Shown here one piece after another: positions 25,991 through 36,574 of a stretch of DNA of 64,000 nt. The notes below the pieces were generated by a model that was not told the DNA's origin, searched no databases, and saw nothing but the letters and a program-made list of their open reading frames with translations. The stretch lies in contig JBNRSN020000014.1 of the NCBI GenBank assembly GCA_051313645.2, positions 65,348,001-65,412,000 on the forward strand, in the 5' to 3' direction. The position numbers were made by a program, and so were the translations under genes. Numbering within the stretch: position 1 is the first letter of the stretch; each line of letters begins with the position of its first letter. Source of the stretch: Centroscyllium fabricii (taxonomy: Eukaryota).

Positions 25991-27439
25991 TCTTCAGGTG
26001 AAATAGTTGCTGTCTTGTAACTCCGATGCTGTCCTTTTCCTTCTAGGTGAAACTGGCTCACAATCACTGTGAGCAGGACCGGACGGGTGGCGGTCCACCT
26101 GATCTGCTGCCCCTGAGTGAACTGGAGCTGCACGTCCAGCGCATTATGGGCAACCGGCTCAGTGCTCCTGTGGCCACAGGAGATGCCGACCCTGTTGTGG
26201 GCAGCAGTGGTGAGTTCATGACCTTCCTCTCCTCTCTCCTTCCTCTTGGTTCTCACAACAGCAGCCTTTGGCACTTTCAATCCAAATAAGTCGTTGCCTG
26301 CACTCATTGCTCCCTTGCTGCCACCTTGTCCTCACGCTAAACCCACTCTTGTACCTCCGTCCTTTCAGATGGTGAATCATCAGCTGAGGAGGCGGCCCCG
26401 CAACCTTCGCGGGAGATGGAGTCTGAAGGGCAGGAGGAGGAAGAGGAAGAAGCACAAGGCCGCCCACCCTCTGCCGATGAAGGCCATGGTGACAGGGGGA
26501 GCCCGCCTTCCCTGGAGGGGAGCGAGGAGTGGTGGTGGCATGTGGAGGGTGCTCCAGGTCCCAGCGGGGTGCGGCAATGCAAGGGGGGAGGGCAGCTCAA
26601 AAGCGTGTTGCGTGGAGGGAGAGTGGGTCATCGACCCCTGATGGCCTGACCGCAGAGGACGAGCAGGTCCTCTCCCAAATGAGAGCCGAGGCGGGGCAGC
26701 GGCACAACGAGCTCATGCAAGTGGTGGGGAGGTTGCCCAAAGCCATGCAGGAAATGGCACGAAGTATGGAGCACTTTGCAGCAGTGCAGGTGGACGCCGT
26801 GCAGATGCCCACTGCTGCAGTGCAGTCAGTGGGTGCTGCCGTGCATCCACTTATTTCTGCACTTCAGTCAGTGGGTCCTGCTGTACAGCCGCTCACTGAC
26901 GCCATGCATCAGTTGACTGGTGCCGTCCTGTCCACTTCGGGCACCATTACCCTGGGCTCTGAATGCGCCACAGCAAGCCAGCAATTGGTGCTCCAGCAGA
27001 TTGCTGGGGAAGATGAGGCGCGGGCCCCTGGGTGTGACACTGTATTGGTGGAACAGGGAGGTGGTAGCCTCTCTCACCAGAGCAGCATTGCTGCTGCCAG
27101 CAGTGACACTTCTCTGCTGCTCTTGGGCCTGCCCGTACGACAGACTGCTACCGCCCGTGCAGAGGTGGAGCAGTCTGCAGCTGGGCTCTCCAGGCCCAGA
27201 GCTGGTCGAGGCCGCCCTTCAAAGGCTTCGGCAGTGTCAAGTTCGGACACTCCGCAGCCTTCCACCAGCATTGCTGCAGCCACTGGGGTCCCATTAAGGA
27301 GGAGTATTAGGGTGGGAAGGGGGAAACTGCAGAATGGAAGGAGATCACCACCGGAGGCTAAGAAGTAGCAGCTTTATTTCACAATGAACAGCACTGACAT
27401 CTTTTTTAAAATGCCAAGGTTCGTGCCCAGTTACTGGTT

Positions 27440-27565
27440 ATTGTTTTGGGGGGTTGTTGTTGGCTTTGACAGCCACTTATGTTTATCATTGTTTTGGAGG
27501 GTTGTTGTTGGCTTTGACAGCCACTTATGTTTATGATTGTTTTGGGGGGTTGTTGTTGGGTTTAT
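27440..27565. repeat. ~48-bp tandem repeat (2.5 copies) between the convergent Harbinger genes
   Basis: TTGTTTTGGGGGGTTGTTGTTGGCTTTGACAGCCACTTATGTTTATCA repeated. Confidence 0.75.
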
Positions 27566-27730
27566 TGTGTCATGTAGAAAGCTGGCGGATTTTGTACAAT
27601 AAAGAGTTTTTTTAATGAAAATGTTCATGGTTCCTGTTTGCCATCATTGTTGCCTTGAGTGGCTTAAGGATAGGGGGTTGGTCTCAGTCAGGTTATTCTT
27701 AAGGGCAGAGCTCTTTTCATGAGCAGGGGC

Positions 27731-28640
27731 CTAGAAGCAGCTGTCTATGAGCTTCTGATGGACAGCCCCTCCACTTTCCACATGCCTCCTGCATTGGGGC
27801 TGCTGCTGATGCTCCTCATCTTCCTGCTCCTCCTCCTCCTCCTTTTTCTCCTCCCCCTCCTCTTCCTCCTCTGGTGCTGCAACAATGTCTGGCAGTAGTG
27901 GCTGGGTCCTGAGGATTGTCAGGTTATGCAGCATGCAGCAGACAACGATGAAGTGGGAGACTTGCTCAGGCGAGTACTGGAGGGCTCCTCTGGAATGGTC
28001 CAGACAGTGGAACCGTTGTTTGAGCACGCCGATTGTCTGCTCAATGATGTTCCTAGTCGCCTGATGGCTCTCGTATCGCAGCTCAGCAGGGGTTTGGGGC
28101 ACATGGAGCGGGGTCATCAGCCAGGAGCTCAGAGCATATCCCTTGTCCCCAAGAAGCCATCCACCTGGGTGATTTGGTGCCTGAAAGAAGTCTGCCACAG
28201 TAGTCTGGCACAGTATGAAGGCATCGTGGGTGCTGCCTGGATAGTGGGCATTCACAGCGAGGATCAGCTGTCGGTGGTCACACACTAGCTGGAAGTTTAG
28301 GAAATGGAAGCCCTTTTTATTGCGTTAATCCTCAGCATTGCGATACAGCGCCCGCAAAGCCACATGCGTGCAGTCAATGGCACCCTGCACCATGGGGAAG
28401 CCCTGCACATTGGCAAACCCCATATGGCATTCCTGTATGCTTGTCCGGGATCATGGGGAACGAGATATACTGTCGCCTCCTGTATAGGGCTGCTGTGACC
28501 TGACGGATGGAGCAATGTGCCGCAAACTGCGAGATGTTAGCTATGTCCCCCAGCACCTGCCTGAAATGAGCCAGTGGCATATAAGTTGAGAGCCACAGTA
28601 ACCTTGACTGCCACGGACAGAGATGTCCAGGCCTCACGCA
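27731..28640 (-). pseudogene. Harbinger DDE nuclease (HARBI1-like transposase)
   Basis: VAVKVTVALNLYATGSFQ, GAIDCTHV, YPGSTHDAFIL, LLGDKGY, RNIIEQTIGVLKQRF, CCMLHN. Confidence 0.9.
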
Positions 28641-28641
28641 A

Positions 28642-29990
28642 TGATCACCCGTGAGTGGTTCGACCCACTCGCCCTTACAGTTCTGCACACTGGACTTAGG
28701 TGCAGGAAGGAGTAATTCAGAGAAAAGACTCAATCAGACTTGGTTTGGACAAAAGTTTAAATGGATCTTTATTGCGCTGCGATCATCATAATAAAATGCA
28801 TCATCATACTAAAAATACACGTTTTGTACCCAAAACGGCAATACCATAAATATAAATATCTATAAAACTATTTCTCCGCAAACGGGGAACACACGACACA
28901 TCGAAAAGGGGCAATACATTATAGATTACCCTATTAAAAACCACCCTCCCCTCTAATGCCTAAACTCTGTCCAGATGTGTAGGATCGGGAAACATGCTCA
29001 CCACTCGGCTAAACTCGGGGTTTTAAAGCGAGGTTCGTAACTTTCCGTTGCAGCCCTGGCTGTCACGTGGCTGTGGAAGCTTCGGGACCTCACTTGTTTA
29101 CTTCTTCTTCGCAGCGGCGGCTGAACCTGCTCGGGCTGGCCCCGAGACATGTCTCCATGAGATGGCTGGAACCTGCTCTCCACGGAGGGGCCGATAAAAT
29201 TCTAAGAAGAGTCGTCCTGTGCTAACCGACCCCCTTCCTCTATCTTCCTCCTCCGGTCTCCGAAACGGCGGTGAGATGACCGGACCGTTCTGAAGGGACT
29301 GCCCGCATGGCTTAACTGGACTGCCGTGTGCCGGGCTGCCTCCGATCTCCACTTCTCTGCCTCTCTCGGGAGCTCAACTGCCTGCCGTGTGTCACGCTGG
29401 ACTGCGCTGTCTTCCTCGCTGAACTGGGCTCTGTGTCGAGCCGATCTTCACCCTCACGAGCTGAACACTCGTCTCGAGCTGCACTGTGTGTCGAGCTGAT
29501 CTGCCCTGCCTGGACTCTGTAGTCTTATTATATTATTGAAATATGGGCTTATCTCTCGCCCAAATCACGGTATATCTTTGTTAAAGTGATGGCTCTGAAA
29601 CCTCCTTTTGTCCTTTAACTCGTTTCGGGGTCACCCGAAATGGTCCCAACTACCTGTGAAGTGTTTTCCCTTTGTTGGGCAGTTATGCTAATGGTATACT
29701 GATGGGGCCGGATGGCCTTGCTGTAGAAAACAGTGATACTCCATTGTCTGGCTAACCGGGCCAGACAATCGGTTTCGGGCAGTGCTTTATTTAATCTTGT
29801 TAAAAATGTCTTTCCTCAGCGCCTACATGTCTGGGCGCTGGTGGGTTTTCGCGGGCTTTTGCAAAGCCAATACATAATTCTGTCTGAGCGGCGGTTACTG
29901 GAATTTGAGAAATGTACTGGAAAGTTCTGGTCGGTTGGTCACGAGGTCTGGCGGCCATCTTAGAGGCCCCTCTCTCTCTCTCCTTTCAAA
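28642..29990 (-). mobile_element. Unclassified LTR-like insertion truncating the nuclease
   Basis: Abrupt junction; CpG-rich; minus-strand TATA (~29527-29533) and AATAAA (~28768-28773); no TSD found. Confidence 0.4.
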
Positions 29991-30904
29991 GAGCCGCAGC
30001 CCTTTTCTGTGTTGCAGCCATTTTGTCTAATAAAATGTTCAATTAAACTGGCTTCTTCTGTGGTTATTGAATCGCGGTAATTGCGAATTTTACAAATAAT
30101 ATTAGTGGAATAAGAGAAAACATTTGTGTTTATAGCACTTTATTCATTTGGGTACAGAAGCATCACTGGAGAACTTAAAGGGCTGTAGGGAAGGAACCGC
30201 AGGCACTATAGTAAGAAGTATGCACATAGACGTATGTCGGCTAATCATAGCATGTTTTGAATGCATTTTAATCAAAAAGGATCTCAAGCAAAATCTGAAC
30301 AAATAAAATCCCTTTCTAATATTTCAAAGCTGCAGAATCCATATTCTTAAGTCTGTTCCAGCTTTTGTTTTGAAAATGAAAGTACATTTGAATTTCTAGC
30401 AATGTTACAATAATGAAGCCAGCTAATTCTCAATTTCTAAAACCAGTGTTAAACCCATATTTTTGTTCTATTTCAAGACACCTATTTTTGCATCTTTCGA
30501 ATTACTTTTGCAGTTTTCAGGAAATCCTGCATCAATGATGATAAGATTCAACTCAGTTATTTTTACCACCTCTCATATTTAAAGTACAGGTACACAATGT
30601 GGTAATCATATTACCATTGTATATAGTTGGGTTACACTACAGACCAGCATGTATAGTGGCTGAGTGCATTGTATATAGTTTTGTATAACGACACTGTCGC
30701 GAGGTCAGGTCAGCCACACCCCTAACTCCTCCCCTCAGGTGAGAGCCTTATAGGTGAGGTCTGACCTGCCCCCATTTATTCTGTACTTAATGTTCGACTG
30801 GAGACTAGCTCCATTCTAAAGTGATTAAAAGCCTATAGTTAAGGTAACTACTCGTCTTTGTCTTATTGACGATACGTCAATTTTAATCACTTTAAATTTT
30901 CGAA

Positions 30905-33900
30905 ATGGAGAGCGGCGCTGTGAAACCCGAAAAACTGGATATTAATCCACAGGAACCAGACGCCGCCAACACGTTTGAACATTGGTTCAGCCTTGTCGAG
31001 GCCTACATGGCGACGACCGATGAGAACAAATTACACGTTCTCTCGTCCAGGATCACCAGCCGGGTGTACTCCTTCATCCGTGGCGCCACAATGTACGAAG
31101 AGGCCGTGGAGAAACTGAAGGCATGCTGCGTGCGCCCGGTCCACTCGGTCTATGCCAGACACGTGCTGGCGACCAGACAACAACGGCTCGGTGAGCCGAA
31201 CGAACAGTATCTGTTGGCGCTTCAAGCCCTCGCCTGGGCCTGTGACTGCCAGCCACGAACGGCGCAGGAGGAGACGAATCTCCTCGTTCGAGGCGCCTAC
31301 GTGACGGGAATCAGGTCCAGCCAGGCCGGCCAGCGGTTGCTGGAAAAAGAGACTTTATCACTGGAGGAGGCGATCTCCATCTCTAACGCAGTGGATGGAG
31401 CACGCCGCAGGCTAGAGGTGTATAGCGGCCAAGGCCCACACGACACCCTCGACCCCTGGGCGGCCCCACGACAGGTCGAGAACCCCACAATGGCAGCGGC
31501 AGCTGCGAAGACGCCGTCGGACAGAAAATGTTAATTCTGCGGCCAGGGACTGCATCCGCGAGCGAAATGCCCCGCGAGGACCGCGACCTGTGAGAGATGT
31601 GGCAAAAAGGGACACTACGCCAGGGCCTGCAAATCGGCCCCAGCGCCCAGCTCCAGACACAACAGCCTGCGAGAGCTCCAACATCATCCCATGGCCTAAG
31701 GTAAGCTGCTGTTGCAGTGCGACCCAGCAGCGGTCCGGGGGTAGATTACAAGCGCCCCCGTCTCCCACCCTGATACGGCAGAGGACGGCCGCGCACACGG
31801 CACGGGCACAGCCACGCCAAAGACGGCTGCGGCCGGCCATGGGCGACCCCCCAACGCCGGCACCTCGCCCAGCACGGCCCGCTGCGTGCGAAACACGGGT
31901 GCCGCCAACTCGGCCACCACGGTCCGCCGCGTGCGAACCACGGGCACCGCCATCGCGTCCACCGCGGCCCGCCGCGTGCGAATCACGGGCGCCGCCATCT
32001 TGTCTTCAGCGGCCAGCCATGTGCGATTCCTCGGCGCCGCCATCTTGTCTTCAACGGCCAGCCATGTGCGACACCCCGGCGCCGCCATCTTGTCCACCGC
32101 GGAAGGCCGCGTGCGAACCACGGGCGCCGCCATCTTGTGCACAGCCCCAGCTAGCGGAGGGCCCCCACACACACACACACACTTCGGCCTCAGCCACTGT
32201 CGACCAGGCTAGGCCGCACACCCTATCAAATTCCATGATGGGGATTAAAGTTAACGGCCATATCACCAACTGCCTGTTCGACACCGGAAGCACAGAGAGC
32301 TTAATTCACCCCGACACAGTGCGGCGCTACGCACTGCAGACCCTGCCCACGCACTACCAAATCTCCCTTGCTTCAAAGTCCCACATGGCGGACGTCACCG
32401 GCTACTGCTCCATCACGCTCACGGTCAGGGACTGTGTGTACCGTAATTTTAAACTGTACATCCTCCAGCAGTTGTGCGCCCCAGTCTTACTGGGACTGGA
32501 TTTCCAGTGCCACCTGAAGAGCGTGACAATGGAGTTCGGCAGGACCCTGGCCCCCCTCACTGTCAGTAGCCGGGACAATCCCTTCCTAAAGCGGAGCCCG
32601 ACTTGCGGCCTATCCACCCTGAAAGTCGACCCCCCCTCGCTGTTCGCCAACCTCGACCCCAACTGCAAACCTATTGCTACCAAGAGTCGGCGTTACAGTG
32701 CGGGGGACCGGGGATTTATCAGGTCGGAGGTCGGGCGTATGCTGCAGGAGGGGATAATTGAAGCCAGCACCAGCCCCTGGCGGGCCCAGGTCGTAGTGGT
32801 TAAGACTGGCGAGAAACTGCGGATGGTGATCGATTACTGCCAGACCATTAACCGCTACACCGGGCTCGACGCCTACCCCCTTCCCCGCATCTCGGACATG
32901 GTTAACCAGATCGCCCAGTATAAGGTTTTCTCAACAATCGACCTTAAGTCGGCATATCACCAACTCCCGATCCGGAAAGCCGACCGCCAGTACACCGCCT
33001 TCGAGGCGAACGGTCGGCTCTACCACTTCCTCCGGGTCCCCTTGGGCGTGACCAACGGAGTGTCGGTATTCCAAAGGGAGATGGACCGTATGGTTGACCA
33101 GAATGGGTTGCAGGCCACTTTCCCCTACCTGGATAATGTGACCATCTGCGGCTATGACCAGCAGGAGCACGATGCCAACCTGGCCAAATTCCTCCACACG
33201 GCGAAACGGCTCGATCTCACGTACAATAAAGACAAGTGCGTCTTTAGTACAGATCGGCTCGCCATCCTCGGCCCCGACCCACAGCTTATGCGTCCCTTAC
33301 AGGAACTGCCCCTACCTCACAACCCTAGAGCCCTGAGGAGATGTCTGGGATTTTTCTCCTATTATGCGCAATGGGTTCTCCAGTTCGCGGGCAAGACCAG
33401 ACCGCTCCTCAAGGCTGACGTCTTTCCCCTCTCGGTAGAAGCCCAAAAGGCGTTCGCCCTGATTAAGGAAGATATTATCAAGGCGACCATGCACACCGTT
33501 GATGAGTCCATCCCTTTCCAGGTGGAGAGTGACGCTTCGGACTTTCCCCTTGCCGCCACCCTGAATCAGGCAGGCAGGCCCATAGCGCTTTTCTCCCGCA
33601 CCCTACAGGGACCCGAAACTCGCCACTCTGCAGTGGAAAAGGAGGCCCAGGCCATCGTGGAGGCCGTGCGCTACTGGCATCATTACCTGGCCGGTAAGCA
33701 TTTTACCCTGCTCACCGACCAACGGTCGGTCGCGTTTATGTTTAACAATAAACAAAAGGGTAAAATCAAGAATGATAAGATCCTGCGGTGGCGGATCGAG
33801 CTCTCAACTTACGAGTACGACATTCTTTACCGACCAGGCAAACTCAATGAACCCCCGGACGCACTGTCCAGGGGAACGTGCGCCAGTGCCCAGCTAGACC

Positions 33901-35048
33901 GGCTGAAGGAACTCCACGATCGCCTCTGCCACCCGGGTAGCACCAGACTTGCCCATTTCATTAAATCCCGTAGCCTCCCCTACTCCATCACGGAGATCAA
34001 GGCTATGACCCGAGAGTGCCCTGTTTACGCCCAGTGCAAACTCCAATTTTACAGGCCGGACACGGCACACCTCATTAAGGCTACCCGCCCCTTTGAACGT
34101 CTAAGTGTGGACTTCAAATGTCCCCTCCCCTCCACCGACCGCAACTCGTACTTCCTCACGGTCGTGGACGAGTTCTCCCGCTTCCCCTTCGCCTTCCCCT
34201 GCCCAGATATGACGAGCGCAATGGTGATAAGACACTTCACCAAGCTGTTCACCATTTTCGGTCTCCCCAGCTACATCCATAGCGACCGGGGGTCGTCGTT
34301 CATAAGCGACGAACTGCGTAAGTTTCTGCTTCAGAAAGGGGTTGCCTCAAGCAGAACGACCAGTTACAACCCCCGGGGGAACGGCCAGGTAGAAAGGGAG
34401 AACGGGATCATCTGGAAGGCGGTCAGCCTGGCCCTGAAGTCCAGAGGCCTTCCAGTGTCCCGTTGGCAGGCAGTCCTCCCAGACGCGCTCCACTCCATCC
34501 GCTCTCTGCTGTGTACGGCTACAAACGCCACACCTCATGATTTATTGTTTTCATTCCCCAGGAAGTCGACTTCGGGGACGGCACTCCCACCGTGGCTTAC
34601 GATGCCGGGGCCGTTCTTACTTAGGAAACATGTCCGCAGCCATAAGACCGACCCCCTGGTGGAAAAGGTGCAGCTGCTGCACGCCAACCCGCAGTACGCC
34701 TACGTGCAGTTCCCGGACGGGTGCGAGGACACAGTTTCCATCAGGGACCTAGTGCCCGCCGGGAGCAGTACAGCAGAGCTCCTGGTCGAGCCTCAGCCCG
34801 ACCAGCCACCACCTACCGAACACTGGCCTACACACCAACCACCACCTACCGAATACTGGCCTATGCACACGCACACACCGGGGCCCCCAACACTATCAGA
34901 TGAGGACCCAGGACCAGACGCCACACCGCAGGCACGGTTGCCGGAGGACCCGGCCCCGCCGCCACAACCGGCACCAGCGCCGCTACCGGAACCCCGGCGG
35001 TCCTCACGGCAGACACGACCGCCGGAGAGACTCATCGTGAACTGTTGA
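30905..35048 (+). pseudogene. gag-pol polyprotein (gag with two CCHC knuckles, PR, RT, RNase H, IN)
   Basis: C*FCGQGLHPRAKC and CERCGKKGHYARAC (nonsense at 31532-31534), LFDTGS, YLDN, ESDASD, LHDRLCHPG, IHSDRG; a frameshift between ~31650 and 31860. Confidence 0.93.
31879..32140 (+). repeat. 45-bp coding minisatellite (6 units) between gag and protease
   Basis: GTGCGA at 45-bp period; encodes PAACEPRAPPSxPPR. Confidence 0.88.
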
Positions 35049-36574
35049 TCTGGACTCATACAATTTTTTTTTTGTTGCACTAACCGGTTCTGTCCATTCA
35101 CCCCGTCGGACTCATTTTCAAAGAAGGGGTGAATGTGGTAATCATATTAGCACTGTATATAGTTGGGTTACACTACAGACCAGCATGTATAGTGGCTGAG
35201 TGCATTGTATATAGTTTTGTATAACGACACTGTCGCGAGGTCAGGTCAGCCACACCCCTAACTCCTCCCCTCAGGTGCGAGCCTTATAGGTGAGGTCTGA
35301 CCTGCCCCCATTCATTCTGTACTCAATGTTCGACTGGAGACTAGCTCCATTCTAAAGTGATTAAAAGTCTATAGTTAAGGTAACTACTCGTCTTTGTCTT
35401 ATTGACGATACGTCACACAATCCCTTATCTGCAACCCCGAAAACCGAAAAGCTCCAAAAACCGAGATCCCGAGTTGCGCCAAAATAACCATTTTGTTCTT
35501 AAATAAATTGCACGAAGTGACCAGCTGCAACAGAGAAAATATGTTTTTACCTTAACAGGTTACTGTTGATGCCGTGCTGAGTAAATAAACGGCCGATATG
35601 CCGTTCCCCGACTGCGAACTGGGCCGCAAACACGGGAATGCGCATGCGATCTGCGCATGCGCACTAGGCAAAATCCCAAAACTGAGAAATCCCGAAAACC
35701 GTGACCCGTCCGGTCCTACGAGTCTCGAATAAGGGATTGTGTACCTGTACCATAATTTAATTTTGAATCGTACTTAAAACAAACCTGAGGTCAACTAAAG
35801 ATCAGAGTATTCAACAATCATTTTCAAATTCCTTGCGATTTAGGCTAATTTTATATGGTAGATATACAAACAATAAAACACTGAGTCTTGAACGTTGGAC
35901 CTTTCAAGTTTAACACACAATCAGAGCCACACACGTTGATCATTTGGAAACCATTCATCTGTAATGTGCGGATTGCTAAAAATTGATCTTCACTAAAAAT
36001 TACTCATTGTAAATCTGAAATCAGCAGCCCAACTAATGATGATCGGTTGAAATGTTCTTTAAAAGGTTCTTGCTGCAGCATATTTATCAGCAGCATCATT
36101 TCCAAACCCTTTCCTGCTGCTTTGCTGGTTGATTTTTGAATTAATGAAATGAAAGGGCTATTTTTTCTTCTTATTAACGCTAAACTAAATCAATGAAACA
36201 ATCTATTGGAACTCAGAAAAGATACTACAGAATTACTAAGAAGTTGAGCACCATCATTAATTATGTAATCTGCTAATTCCAGCCTACTTCACGAATGCCA
36301 TGTTATAAATTTTACACCATGGTTATATTTCTAACGGATAAAAAAATTAATTGTATTAAAGAGGATTAATCTCATCTTCCTCAGAGAATATGCACTTGAT
36401 GATGCGAATAGAAAAGTTTTTAAAAATCTGTTGTTTTTTTGAATATAGTAAAGCATAAGCATTTTGTTTAAATTTCCAGTTTTTATATATAAATCATTAC
36501 AGCTAAGTTTGATTATATGCAGTACATTTGGGGTAAGATTTGAAGTACATTTTAAACACTGTTCTATAGTGTGT

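Larger units (their letters stand above)
24790..27368 (+). pseudogene. Harbinger Myb/SANT-like protein, exons ~24790-25028, 26047-26209, 26369-27368
   Basis: RERAQRFSDSVLQALV...LWREVA...QYRKKFNDL|VKLAHN...RTGGGPP; same intron positions and phases as the copy at 16200. Confidence 0.85.
24448..28640. mobile_element. Autonomous-type Harbinger transposon (convergent Myb and nuclease genes), right end lost
   Basis: Starts GGGGGGAAAAATTCG; Myb gene on plus, DDE nuclease on minus. Confidence 0.85.
30598..35415 (+). mobile_element. Near full-length Mag-type Gypsy LTR retrotransposon (subfamily A)
   Basis: 282-bp LTRs 30598-30879 and 35134-35415 (about 6 differences); 5-bp TSD CACAA; PPT AAAGAAGGGGTGAA; no tRNA PBS. 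Confidence 0.96.
30587..35747. mobile_element. Tigger/pogo-type MITE split within its left TIR by a Gypsy element
   Basis: CAGGTACACAA|TCCCTTAT ... ATAAGGGATTGTGTACCTG, TA on both sides; pieces 30587-30597 and 35416-35747. Confidence 0.88.

Noticed and set aside
27731-28640. Host HARBI1 or NAIF1/MSANTD genes
   Set aside because: Frameshifts, stops, multiple divergent copies and the TIR-bounded two-gene layout indicate transposon copies.
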